Shown here in pieces: positions 8,566 to 17,763 of a DNA stretch of 32,030 nt (position 1 is the first letter of the stretch; every line of letters begins with the position of its first letter). The stretch is from a virus (taxonomy: Duplodnaviria > Heunggongvirae > Uroviricota > Caudoviricetes), in the IMG/VR virus record IMGVR_UViG_647533159_000006. One strand, given 5' to 3'. The position numbers were made by a program, and so were the translations under genes. The notes under the pieces were generated by a model. The model saw only the letters and a program-made list of their open reading frames with translations, made no database searches and was not told where the DNA came from.

Positions 8566-9690
8566 TTACTCCTCACTATCATCTAGAACAGTATCTTCGG
8601 TCTGCACACCTAAAAGTTTGTCTCTTACATATTCAATACGTGCTTTTACTTTAGGTTTTGAGTTTGACGCATCAGATCTTGTATGTTTAATAAACTCTTC
8701 TGAGTTTAACCATTCCTCTACCGGTGTTGGTATTATGTTAGAGTTAGTTTTTAAGGCTAAAGTGGAACCGACAGCTAACGCTTCAAAGCGAATTCTTGGT
8801 ACAGTGTTTGCTGTTGCATTCTTTCTGAAACCATAGGGGAAATGTGTTTTGACAAATTCACACATATCTTGAAATTGTGCAGTTAGTTTTTCTTCTTGCT
8901 CAGGACTAAATGACTCATTTCGTTGGTCAAGATATTGGGTTAAGAAAGTATCAACACTTTTTTCAAAGTTAAGATAGTTATCACAATAGGCAAAATATCT
9001 AAGAACCAATTCTGGATATTCTCCACGACTGATTCTGGCATCGTTTAGAGGGCATATTTCCCTAAACAATGGAAACTCTGATAGTCTATTAACAACATCA
9101 AGAAAAGGCCCATCATTACTGCCCTGTCGTTGCTCCATTGTCGTGAGTTTTATTCCACCTGTATTCAATCGATCGAAAATCTCCCTTCTTGCTTCTTCAT
9201 CACATAATTCAGTGAGTTCAATCATTCGAATAGTTTTTCTATCGAATCTAAGCTTACGTGCAGGTGTGAAGTCAGAGTATTTGAATCCGTTGGCTGAAGT
9301 TAACTTTTTTAATCCAGTAAGGGTAAATTTATCATTTAGAAAATGATAAAGTGTTCTAATCCTCTGGCTACCATCAACGATTTCCAATCGCCCATCGTCA
9401 TTTCCGATATCGGCAACAAATACATATGGGATAGGAATATTTAGCAAAAGCGATTCAATGAATCTTGATTTTTGAACATTGCTCCAAACAAATTCCCTTT
9501 GATAATCAGGTATGTATAGTTCTGCTTGGTCGGTTTCTAATCCTTTCTGAAATTTGTCAACAATGACACTTACAGGAAACTCTCTAATTTGGTGATCCGT
9601 TATTTTTTGCATGGATTTGATCTGGTTATCCAGGTCAACTTTATCTTCTTCTGTGATCACTTGTTCAGGTTGTCTTGGGACTCTTGCCAT
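8566..9690 (-). CDS. DUF262 (ParB/Srx-like NTPase-fold) domain protein
   Basis: ATG at 9690 preceded by AAGGAG (track ORF extends to a GTG at 9765); DUF262 motifs IPDYQREFVW, IVDGSQRIRTL and FDRLNTGGIKLT; about 170 C-terminal residues without a recognisable HNH/DUF1524 motif. Confidence 0.75.
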   Translation of the reverse strand: MARVPRQPEQVITEEDKVDLDNQIKSMQKITDHQIREFPVSVIVDKFQKGLETDQAELYIPDYQREFVWSNVQKSRFIESLLLNIPIPYVFVADIGNDDGRLEIVDGSQRIRTLYHFLNDKFTLTGLKKLTSANGFKYSDFTPARKLRFDRKTIRMIELTELCDEEARREIFDRLNTGGIKLTTMEQRQGSNDGPFLDVVNRLSEFPLFREICPLNDARISRGEYPELVLRYFAYCDNYLNFEKSVDTFLTQYLDQRNESFSPEQEEKLTAQFQDMCEFVKTHFPYGFRKNATANTVPRIRFEALAVGSTLALKTNSNIIPTPVEEWLNSEEFIKHTRSDASNSKPKVKARIEYVRDKLLGVQTEDTVLDDSEE

Positions 9691-9833
9691 TTGTTTTCTC
9701 CTTATGCTTATTTGCAATAAGTTGCATTTGTTTGCATGCGTAGTTTTATACTGATTTAATCCCACAAGTCCTTTACATGCAAGGGTTAGAGGCTTAAATG
9801 CACCTGCATTAAAACCGCCTTATGAAGCGGGCA

Positions 9834-9852
9834 GGCGAGGCGGGGAAAGCAC
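9834..9852. other. cos site (P2-type 19-nt cohesive end ggcgaggcggggaaagcac)
   Basis: Matches the P2 cohesive-end sequence as I recall it; located between the cargo and the portal gene, where P2 cos lies. Confidence 0.6.
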
Positions 9853-9993
9853 TGCGCGCTGGCGGTGGTGCTGATTTTATTTTTTCAGCGTCTCAGCGCG
9901 TCGTGACGGCGTTTGGATTGTGCGCCGGGGCGTTGGTGTGTCTGCGGGGTGTTTTGTGCGGTGGTGAGCGTGTGAGGGCGTGATGACGGGGTG

Positions 9994-10016
9994 TAAAAAA
10001 GCCGCCCGCAGGCGGC
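9994..10016 (-). terminator. Rho-independent terminator downstream of Q
   Basis: On the minus strand: gccgcc-tgcg-ggcggc hairpin followed by a T-run (plus-strand aaaaaa 9995..10000), directly after the Q stop. Confidence 0.65.
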
Positions 10017-10021
10017 GATGT

Positions 10022-11056
10022 TCAGCCGTTGTCAGTGTCCAGTGAGTAGTTTTTAAAGCGGATGACCTCCTGACCGAGCCAGCCGTTTATCTCGCGGATC
10101 CTGTCCTGTAACGGGATAAGCTCATTGCGGACAAAGACCTTTGCCACTTTCTCAATATCTCCCAGTGACCCGACGTTCTCCGGCTTGCCGCCCATCAACT
10201 GAAAGGGGATGCGGTGTGCGTCCAGCAGGTCAGCGGCGCTGGCTTTTTTGATATTAAAAAAATCGTCCTTCGTTGCCACTTCACTGAGCGGGATAATTTT
10301 AATGCCGTCAGCTTTCCCCTGCGGGGCATAGAGAAACAGGTTTTTAAAGTTGTTGCGGCCTTTCGACTTCACCATGTTTTCGCGAAGCATTTCGATATCG
10401 TTGCGATCCTGCACGGCATCGGTGACGTACATGATGTATCCGGCATGTGCGCCGTTTTCGTAATACTTGCGGCGGAACAGCGTGGCCGACTCATTCAGCC
10501 AGGCAGAGTTAAGGGCGCTGAGATATTCCGGCAGGCCGTACAACTCCTGATTAATATCCGGCTCCAGCAGGTGAAACACGGAGCCGGGCGCGAAGGCTGT
10601 CGGCTCGTTGAAGGACGGCACCCACCAGTAAACATCCTCTTCCACACCACGGCGGGTATATTTTGCCGGTGAGGTTTCCAGTCTGATGACCTTACCGGTG
10701 GTGCTGTAACGCTTTTCCAGAAACGCATTACCGAACACCAGAAAATCCAGCACAAAGCGGCTGAAATCCTGCTGAGAAAGCCACGGATGCGGAATAAACG
10801 TTGAAGCCAGAATATTGCGTTTAACGTAAATCGGCGAGCTGTGATGCACGGCAGCACGCAGGCTTTTTGCCAGACCGGTAAAGCTGACCGGTGGCTCATA
10901 CCATCTGCCGTTACTGATGCACTCGACGTAATCCAGAATGTCACGGCGGTCGAGAACCGGCACCGGCTCGCCAAAGGTGAATGCCTCCATTTTCGGTGCA
11001 CTGGCGGTCATTGTTTTTGCCGCAGGTTGCGGTGTTTTCCCTTTTTTCTTGCTCAT
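10022..11056 (-). CDS. Q: Portal protein
   Basis: 344 aa (P2 gpQ length), minus strand, upstream neighbour of the large terminase, adjacent to cos. Confidence 0.85.
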   Translation of the reverse strand: MSKKKGKTPQPAAKTMTASAPKMEAFTFGEPVPVLDRRDILDYVECISNGRWYEPPVSFTGLAKSLRAAVHHSSPIYVKRNILASTFIPHPWLSQQDFSRFVLDFLVFGNAFLEKRYSTTGKVIRLETSPAKYTRRGVEEDVYWWVPSFNEPTAFAPGSVFHLLEPDINQELYGLPEYLSALNSAWLNESATLFRRKYYENGAHAGYIMYVTDAVQDRNDIEMLRENMVKSKGRNNFKNLFLYAPQGKADGIKIIPLSEVATKDDFFNIKKASAADLLDAHRIPFQLMGGKPENVGSLGDIEKVAKVFVRNELIPLQDRIREINGWLGQEVIRFKNYSLDTDNG

Positions 11057-12828
11057 CAGTAAAACTCCAGAATGGTGGATGTCAGCGGGGTGCTGATACT
11101 GGCGGTGAGTGGCTCATTTAACAGGGCGTGCATGGTCGCCCAGGCGAGGTCGGCGTGGCTGGCTTCCTCGCTGCGGCTGGCCTCATAGGTGGCACTGCGT
11201 CCGCTGCTGGTCATGGTCTTGCGGATAGCCATAAACGAGCTGGTGATGTCGGTGGCGCTGACGTCATATTCCAGACAGCCACGGCGGATGACGTCTTTTG
11301 CCTTGAGCACCATTGCGGTTTTCATTTCCGGCGTGTAGCGGATGTCGCGCGCGGCGGGATAGAACGAGCGCACGAGCTGGAACACGCCGACACCGAGGCC
11401 GGTGGCATCAATACCGATGTATTCGACGTTGTATTTTTCGGTGAGTTCGCGGATGGATTCAGCCTGGGTGGCAAAGTCCATGCCTTTCCACTGGTGACGC
11501 TCAAGTATTCTGAATTTGCCACCGGCCACCACCGGCGGTGCCAGTACCACGCATCCGGCACTGTCGCCACGGTGTGACGGGTCGTAACCAATCCATACCG
11601 GGCGGGAGCCGAACGGATTGGCGGCAAAGGGTGCATAGTCTTCCCATTCTTCCAGCGTGTCGACCATGCAGCGTTGCAGCTCCTCGAACGGGAACACCGA
11701 CGCCTTGTCGTCAACAAATTCACACATGAACAGGTTTTTAAAATCGTCGGCGCTGTTTTCGCGTTTGAGCTGCTCAATGTCGAACAACGTGCAGCCGCCT
11801 TTCAGCGCGTCCTCAATGGTGACAATCTGCCGCCACTGGCCGTCCGCACAGAGAAGCCCACCGGCAAGGGCGTTATGACTGACGTCGATTTCCACGCGAT
11901 CGGCGGCGCTGGCGCGTCCCCGGTTAAACAGTTCACCCGACCAGAACGGGTAGGCGTCGTGCGCCAGCGTGGACGGGGTGGAGAAATAGGTCGAGCGCAG
12001 GTGACTCTGTGAGGCCATACCTGATGCCACCTTACGCAGTACCTGAAAATTCGGGATCCAGAAAATCTCGTCGACGTACAGGTCACCGTTATGGCTCTGT
12101 GCGGTGTTGGAGTTGGTGCCGAGAAAAATCAGTTTTGCGCCGTTATTGCCCAGGACAATCGGGTCACCGGTCAGGTCAACGTCAACCAGACGGGCAAAGG
12201 CGATGATGTATTCGCGGAACACATACGCCTGCGTTTTACTGGCCGACAGAAAAATCTGGTTATGACCGGTTTTCAGGGCGCGCAGCAGCGCCTCGCGGGA
12301 AAAATAAAACGTCGCGCCAATCTGGCGGGATTTCAGGATATCGCGGATGCGGTGCTCAAGCCCGGCGCGATACCAGTGCAACTGATATTCGAAAGACTGC
12401 TCAAAGAAAATCTGCTCCAGCTTTTCGATGGCCTCGTCACTGAAAAAATTTTTTTTCGGTTTGCGACGCCCGCCTTTGTTGCGGTTAGCGATGTTCGGAT
12501 TAAGGTCTGCCTCGTTGCCGGTCTGGCTGTAGCGGTTTACCCGTGCCAGTCGTTCAATCTGGCGTCCGAGCAGGTCAATTTCCTTGAAGTCACCGCCGGT
12601 TTTCTGCGGTTTGATGATGAGCTGGGTCAGCCGCGCTTCCAGACTCATTTCGACACGGCTGATGGGGGCAATGCTGTCCCAGCCGTCGCGCTGTTTCCAG
12701 CTCTGCACCGTCGGACGTTTCATCTGCAACATGGCGGCAATCTGCGGCACGGAAAACCCCTGCCAGTACAGCAGCGCCGCCTGACGACGCGGGTCGTGTA
12801 AAAGAGTGGTGTCTGTGGTGATGGTCAT
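11056..12828 (-). CDS. P: Terminase large subunit (ATPase)
   Basis: 590 aa from the ATG at 12828 (MTITTDTTLLHDP...); track ORF extends to 12858; divergent from the O-N-M capsid operon as in P2. Confidence 0.85.
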   Translation of the reverse strand: MTITTDTTLLHDPRRQAALLYWQGFSVPQIAAMLQMKRPTVQSWKQRDGWDSIAPISRVEMSLEARLTQLIIKPQKTGGDFKEIDLLGRQIERLARVNRYSQTGNEADLNPNIANRNKGGRRKPKKNFFSDEAIEKLEQIFFEQSFEYQLHWYRAGLEHRIRDILKSRQIGATFYFSREALLRALKTGHNQIFLSASKTQAYVFREYIIAFARLVDVDLTGDPIVLGNNGAKLIFLGTNSNTAQSHNGDLYVDEIFWIPNFQVLRKVASGMASQSHLRSTYFSTPSTLAHDAYPFWSGELFNRGRASAADRVEIDVSHNALAGGLLCADGQWRQIVTIEDALKGGCTLFDIEQLKRENSADDFKNLFMCEFVDDKASVFPFEELQRCMVDTLEEWEDYAPFAANPFGSRPVWIGYDPSHRGDSAGCVVLAPPVVAGGKFRILERHQWKGMDFATQAESIRELTEKYNVEYIGIDATGLGVGVFQLVRSFYPAARDIRYTPEMKTAMVLKAKDVIRRGCLEYDVSATDITSSFMAIRKTMTSSGRSATYEASRSEEASHADLAWATMHALLNEPLTASISTPLTSTILEFY

Positions 12829-13001
12829 GAATACCTCGCCGTGATGAATACACGGCAAGGCTACTGAGTCGCGCCCCGCGATTCGCTAAGGTGCTGTTGT
12901 GTCAGTGATAAGCCATCCGGGACTGATGGCGGAGGATGCGCATCGTCGGGAAACTGATGCCGACATGTGACTCCTCTAATCACTATTCAGGACTCCTGAC
13001 A

Positions 13002-13856
13002 ATGGCAAAAAAAGTCTCAAAATTCTTTCGTATCGGCGTTGAGGGTGACACCTGTGACGGGCGTGTCATCAGTGCGCAGGATATTCAGGAAATGGCGGAA
13101 ACCTTTGACCCGCGTGTCTATGGTTGCCGCATTAACCTGGAGCATCTGCGCGGCATCCTGCCTGACGGTATTTTTAAACGTTATGGCGATGTGGCCGAAC
13201 TGAAGGCCGAAAAGATTGACGATGATTCGGCGCTGAAAGGCAAATGGGCGCTGTTTGCGAAAATCACCCCGACCGATGACCTTATCGCGATGAACAAGGC
13301 CGCGCAGAAGGTCTATACCTCAATGGAAATTCAGCCGAACTTTGCCAACACCGGCAAGTGTTATCTGGTGGGGCTGGCCGTCACCGATGACCCGGCAAGC
13401 CTCGGCACGGAATACCTGGAATTCTGCCGCACGGCAAAACACAACCCCCTGAACCGCTTCAAATTAAGCCCTGAAAACCTGATTTCAGTGGCAACGCCCG
13501 TTGAGCTGGAATTTGAAGACCTGCCTGAAACCGTGTTCACCGCCCTGACCGAAAAGGTGAAGTCCATTTTTGGCCGCAAACAGGCGAGCGATGACGCCCG
13601 TCTGAATGACGTGCATGAAGCGGTGACCGCTGTCGCTGAACATGTGCAGGAAAAACTGAGCGCCACTGAGCAGCGCCTCGCTGAGATGGAAACCGCCTTT
13701 TCCGCACTTAAGCAGGAGGTGACAGACAGGGTGGATGAAACCAGTCAGGCATTCACCCGCCTGAAAAACAGTCTCGACCACACCGAAAGTCTGACCCAGC
13801 AGCGCCGCAGCAAGGCCACCGGTGGTGGCGGTGACGCCCTGATGACGAACTGCTGA
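13002..13856 (+). CDS. O: Capsid scaffolding protein
   Basis: 284 aa from the ATG at 13002 (MAKKVSKFFRIGVEG...); coiled-coil-like C-terminus; precedes the major capsid gene. Confidence 0.8.
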   Translation: MAKKVSKFFRIGVEGDTCDGRVISAQDIQEMAETFDPRVYGCRINLEHLRGILPDGIFKRYGDVAELKAEKIDDDSALKGKWALFAKITPTDDLIAMNKAAQKVYTSMEIQPNFANTGKCYLVGLAVTDDPASLGTEYLEFCRTAKHNPLNRFKLSPENLISVATPVELEFEDLPETVFTALTEKVKSIFGRKQASDDARLNDVHEAVTAVAEHVQEKLSATEQRLAEMETAFSALKQEVTDRVDETSQAFTRLKNSLDHTESLTQQRRSKATGGGGDALMTNC

Positions 13857-13914
13857 CCGGCGTCAGTCAGTCCGGGAAAACCTTCACGATTAACCCTTAA
13901 TTTCAGGAAAAACT

Positions 13915-14988
13915 ATGCGCCAGGAAACCCGCTTTAAATTTAATGCCTACCTGTCCCGTGTTGCCGAACTGAACGGCATCGACGCCGGTGATGTGTCGAA
14001 AAAATTCACCGTTGAACCGTCGGTCACCCAGACCCTGATGAACACCATGCAGGAGTCCTCTGACTTTCTGACCCGCATCAACATTGTGCCGGTCAGCGAA
14101 ATGAAAGGGGAAAAAATTGGCATCGGTGTCACCGGCTCCATCGCCAGCACCACCGACACCGCCGGTGGCACCGAGCGTCAGCCGAAGGACTTCTCGAAGC
14201 TGGCGTCAAACAAGTACGAATGCGACCAGATTAATTTCGATTTTTATATCCGCTACAAAACGCTGGACCTGTGGGCGCGTTATCAGGATTTCCAGCTCCG
14301 TATCCGTAACGCCATTATCAAGCGTCAGTCCCTTGATTTCATCATGGCCGGTTTTAACGGCGTGAAGCGTGCCGAAAACTCTGACCGCAGCAGTAATCCG
14401 ATGCTGCAGGATGTGGCGGTCGGCTGGCTGCAGAAATACCGCAATGAAGCCCCGGCGCGCGTGATGAGCAAGGTCACTGACGAGGAAGGTCACACGACCT
14501 CTGAGGTCATCCGCGTGGGTAAGGGCGGTGATTATGCCAGCCTTGATGCACTGGTGATGGATGCGACCAACAACCTGATTGAGCCGTGGTATCAGGAAGA
14601 CCCTGACCTTGTGGTGATTGTGGGACGTCAGTTACTGGCGGACAAGTATTTCCCCATCGTCAACAAGGAGCAGGACAACAGCGAAATGCTGGCCGCTGAC
14701 GTCATCATCAGCCAGAAACGCATCGGCAACCTGCCAGCGGTACGCGTCCCGTACTTCCCGGCGGATGCGATGCTCATCACGAAGCTGGAAAACCTGTCCA
14801 TCTACTACATGGATGACAGCCATCGCCGCGTGATTGAGGAAAACCCGAAACTCGACCGCGTGGAGAACTACGAGTCAATGAACATTGATTACGTGGTGGA
14901 GGACTACGCCGCCGGTTGTCTGGTGGAAAAAATTAAGGTCGGTGATTTCTCCACACCGGCTAAAGCGACCGCAGAGCCGGGAGCGTAA
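13915..14988 (+). CDS. N: Major capsid protein
   Basis: 357 aa (P2 gpN length), between scaffold and small terminase genes. Confidence 0.85.
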   Translation: MRQETRFKFNAYLSRVAELNGIDAGDVSKKFTVEPSVTQTLMNTMQESSDFLTRINIVPVSEMKGEKIGIGVTGSIASTTDTAGGTERQPKDFSKLASNKYECDQINFDFYIRYKTLDLWARYQDFQLRIRNAIIKRQSLDFIMAGFNGVKRAENSDRSSNPMLQDVAVGWLQKYRNEAPARVMSKVTDEEGHTTSEVIRVGKGGDYASLDALVMDATNNLIEPWYQEDPDLVVIVGRQLLADKYFPIVNKEQDNSEMLAADVIISQKRIGNLPAVRVPYFPADAMLITKLENLSIYYMDDSHRRVIEENPKLDRVENYESMNIDYVVEDYAAGCLVEKIKVGDFSTPAKATAEPGA

Positions 14989-14991
14989 CCG

Positions 14992-15729
14992 ATGACGAGT
15001 CCCGCACAGCGCCACATGATGCGGGTCTCGGCAGCGATGACCGCGCAGCGGGAAGCCGCCCCGCTGCGACATGCAACTGTCTATGAGCAGATGCTGGTCA
15101 AGCTGGCCGCAGACCAGCGCACACTGAAAGCGATTTATTCAAAAGAGCTTAAGGCCGCGAAAAAGCGCGAGCTGCTGCCGTTCTGGTTGCCGTGGGTGAA
15201 CGGTGTGCTGGAGCAGGGCAAAGGTGCACAGGATGACATTCTGATGACGGTCATGCTGTGGCGTCTGGATACCGGCGATATTGCCGGTGCGCTGGAGATT
15301 GCCCGTTATGCCCTGAAATACGGTCTGACCATGCCGGGTAAACACCGCCGCACCCCGCCGTACATGTTCACCGAGGAGGTGGCACTTGCGGCCATGCGCG
15401 CCCACGCTGCCGGTGAGTCTGTGGATCCCCGCCTGCTTACGGACACCCTCGAACTGACCGCCACGGCTGACATGCCTGATGAAGTGCGCGCAAAGCTGCA
15501 CAAAATCACCGGTCTGTTTCTGCGTGACGCTGGTGATGCCGCCGGTGCGCTGGCACACCTGCAACGTGCGACACAGCTCGACTGTCAGGCAGGCGTCAAA
15601 AAAGAGATTGAACGACTGGAGCGGGAGCTGAAACCGAAGCCGGAGCTAAAAGCGGTCACCCGCGCCCCGCGTAAGACCCGGAGCGTGACACCGGCAAAAC
15701 GTGGACGCCCGAAAAAGAAAGCCAGTTAA
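14992..15729 (+). CDS. M: Terminase small subunit (endonuclease subunit)
   Basis: 245 aa with a basic C-terminus (KRGRPKKKAS), at the P2 M position. Confidence 0.8.
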   Translation: MTSPAQRHMMRVSAAMTAQREAAPLRHATVYEQMLVKLAADQRTLKAIYSKELKAAKKRELLPFWLPWVNGVLEQGKGAQDDILMTVMLWRLDTGDIAGALEIARYALKYGLTMPGKHRRTPPYMFTEEVALAAMRAHAAGESVDPRLLTDTLELTATADMPDEVRAKLHKITGLFLRDAGDAAGALAHLQRATQLDCQAGVKKEIERLERELKPKPELKAVTRAPRKTRSVTPAKRGRPKKKAS

Positions 15730-15828
15730 CAACCGAATGCGCCCCGCGCCAGGGCGGCACGCCGGTCAGTGAGGGTGAATCACCTGACGCTGTACCGGCG
15801 TCCACCGCCCGACTTTTCAGAGGTAGTC

Positions 15829-16338
15829 ATGATGACGCTGATTATTCCGCGAAAGGAGGCTCCCGTGTCCGGTGAGGGTACGGTGGTCATCCCGCAACCG
15901 GCAGGCGACGAGCCGGTGATTAAAAACACGTTCTTTTTTCCCGATATCGACCCGAAGCGCGTCCGGGAACGTATGCGCCTTGAGCAGACCGTCGCCCCCG
16001 CCCGTCTGCGTGAGGCCATCAAGTCAGGCATGGCGGAGACGAATGCGGAGCTGTACGAGTACCGCGAACAGAAAATTGCCGCCGGTTTTACGCGTCTGGC
16101 GGACGTTCCGGCGGACGACATCGACGGTGAAAGCATCAAGGTTTTTTACTACGAGCGCGCCGTGTGTGCGATGGCGACCGCGTCGCTTTATGAGCGTTAC
16201 CGCGGCGTGGATGCCAGTGCGAAAGGCGACAAGAAGGCCGACAGCATTGACAGCACCATTGATGAGCTGTGGCGGGATATGCGCTGGGCGGTGGCGCGTA
16301 TCCAGGACAAGCCGCGCTGCATCGTGAGTCAAATCTGA
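15829..16338 (+). CDS. L: Head completion/stabilisation protein
   Basis: 169 aa from the ATG at 15829 (MMTLIIPRKEAP...); track ORF starts upstream at 15769. Confidence 0.75.
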   Translation: MMTLIIPRKEAPVSGEGTVVIPQPAGDEPVIKNTFFFPDIDPKRVRERMRLEQTVAPARLREAIKSGMAETNAELYEYREQKIAAGFTRLADVPADDIDGESIKVFYYERAVCAMATASLYERYRGVDASAKGDKKADSIDSTIDELWRDMRWAVARIQDKPRCIVSQI

Positions 16339-16541
16339 TGAAGACCTTTGCGCTACAGGGCGACACGCTCGACGCCATTTGTGTCCGGTATTACGGGCGC
16401 ACTGAGGGCGTGGTCGAGGCCGTGCTCGCCGCAAATCCGGGACTGGCTGAACTGGGTGCGGTGCTGCCACATGGCACCGCCGTCGAACTGCCCGACGTTC
16501 AGACCGCGCCCGTGGCTGAAACTGTCAATCTGTGGGAGTAA
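16338..16541 (+). CDS. X: Tail protein X
   Basis: 67 aa from the ATG at 16338, overlapping the L stop (ATGA); at the P2 X position before the holin. Confidence 0.7.
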   Translation: MKTFALQGDTLDAICVRYYGRTEGVVEAVLAANPGLAELGAVLPHGTAVELPDVQTAPVAETVNLWE

Positions 16542-16544
16542 CGC

Positions 16545-16826
16545 ATGACAGCAGAAGAAAAAAGCGTCCTGTCGCTTTTCATGATTGGGGTGCTGATTGT
16601 TGTCGGCAAGGTGCTTGCCGGTGGTGAACCCATCACCCCGCGTCTGTTTATCGGGCGCATGTTGCTCGGTGGTTTTGTCTCGATGGTTGCCGGTGTTGTT
16701 CTGGTGCAGTTTCCTGACCTGTCACTGCCTGCGGTGTGCGGCATCGGCTCCATGCTGGGTATCGCCGGTTATCAGGTGATTGAGATTGCCATTCAGCGCC
16801 GCTTTAAGGGCAGGGGGAAACAGTAA
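16545..16826 (+). CDS. Y: Holin
   Basis: 93 aa with hydrophobic transmembrane segments (LSLFMIGVLIVVGKVLAGG...; FVSMVAGVVLVQF...), directly upstream of the endolysin. Confidence 0.8.
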   Translation: MTAEEKSVLSLFMIGVLIVVGKVLAGGEPITPRLFIGRMLLGGFVSMVAGVVLVQFPDLSLPAVCGIGSMLGIAGYQVIEIAIQRRFKGRGKQ

Positions 16827-17323
16827 TGCCGGTAATTAACACGCATCAGAATATCGCCGCCTTTCTCGACATGCTGGCCGTGTCCGAAGGGACGGCGAAT
16901 CATCCGCTGACGAAAAACCGGGGCTATGACGTGATAGTCACCGGACTGGACGGGAAGCCGGAAATCTTCACCGACTACAGTGACCACCCGTTCGCGCATG
17001 GCCGACCAGCGAAGGTGTTTAACCGTCGCGGTGAAAAATCCACGGCCTCCGGTCGCTATCAGCAGCTTTACCTGTTCTGGCCGCATTACCGCAAACAGCT
17101 TGCCCTGCCGGATTTCAGTCCGCTGTCACAGGACAGACTTGCCATTCAGTTGATCCGTGAACGCGGTGCACTGGATGACATCCGGGCGGGGCGCATTGAG
17201 CGCGCCATTTCACGCTGTCGCAATATCTGGGCGTCCCTGCCGGGTGCCGGTTACGGTCAGCGTGAGCATTCACTGGAAAAACTGGTCACCGTCTGGCGTA
17301 CCGCTGGCGGTGTACCGGCTTAA
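16826..17323 (+). CDS. K: Endolysin (phage lysozyme)
   Basis: 165 aa, follows the holin in the lysis cassette. Confidence 0.8.
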   Translation: MPVINTHQNIAAFLDMLAVSEGTANHPLTKNRGYDVIVTGLDGKPEIFTDYSDHPFAHGRPAKVFNRRGEKSTASGRYQQLYLFWPHYRKQLALPDFSPLSQDRLAIQLIRERGALDDIRAGRIERAISRCRNIWASLPGAGYGQREHSLEKLVTVWRTAGGVPA

Positions 17324-17337
17324 ACGGAGTAAACACC

Positions 17338-17763
17338 ATGAAGAAATTATCCCTTTCACTGATGCTGAATGTGTCGCTGGCGCTGATGCTGGCACTGTCC
17401 CTGATTTACCCGCAGAGCGTGGCCGTCAATTTTGTCGCTGCCTGGGCGATTCTGGCGACGGTTATTTGTGTGGTTGCCGGTGGTATCGGCGTGTATGCCA
17501 CGGAGTATGTACTGGAACGCTACGGGCGGGAGCTCCCGCCGGAATCGATGGCCGTGAAGATTGTCACGTCGCTGTTTTTGCAGCCGGTGCCGTGGCGCAG
17601 ACGGGCGGCGGCTCTGGTAGTGATGGTGGCGACGTTTATCTCGCTGGTTGCCGCCGGGTGGATTTTTACTGCGCTGATTTATCTCGTGGCGTCGCTGTTT
17701 TTCCGGCTGATACGTACGGCCTGCCGTCAGCGTCTTGAGGGGCGGGAACTATGTCAAAGCTGA
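17338..17763 (+). CDS. lysA: Lysis timing protein LysA (membrane protein)
   Basis: 141 aa, multiple hydrophobic helices, P2 lysA position. Confidence 0.7.
   Translation: MKKLSLSLMLNVSLALMLALSLIYPQSVAVNFVAAWAILATVICVVAGGIGVYATEYVLERYGRELPPESMAVKIVTSLFLQPVPWRRRAAALVVMVATFISLVAAGWIFTALIYLVASLFFRLIRTACRQRLEGRELCQS

Noticed and set aside
8321-8836. 171-aa plus-strand ORF
   Set aside because: Antisense across the DUF262/HEPN junction; Ser/Leu/Ile-rich low-complexity translation from AT-rich DNA, whereas the minus-strand genes have recognisable motifs and ribosome-binding sites.
6794-9765. Interpreting the MTase plus the convergent operon as a classical Type II restriction-modification system
   Set aside because: Neither convergent protein shows a recognisable restriction endonuclease signature that I can read; DUF262 proteins are more often modification-dependent (Type IV-like), so the relationship is left open rather than called an R-M system.
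10495-11001. 168-aa minus-strand ORF inside the portal gene
   Set aside because: Same strand as Q but a different frame, fully nested; Q itself matches the P2 portal length.
12091-12801. 236-aa plus-strand ORF
   Set aside because: Lies entirely antisense within the large terminase gene P; Ala/Gly/Arg-rich composition typical of a spurious reverse-frame ORF in GC-rich coding DNA.
12859-13001. Ogr-dependent late promoter motif (TGT-N12-ACA) in the P/O divergent region
   Set aside because: I could not locate a convincing TGT-N12-ACA element by eye at the expected position, so no promoter is annotated.
17157-17738. 193-aa plus-strand ORF overlapping K and lysA
   Set aside because: Out-of-frame overlap with two well-supported lysis genes; Gly/Arg/Ala-rich translation suggests an alternative-frame artefact.
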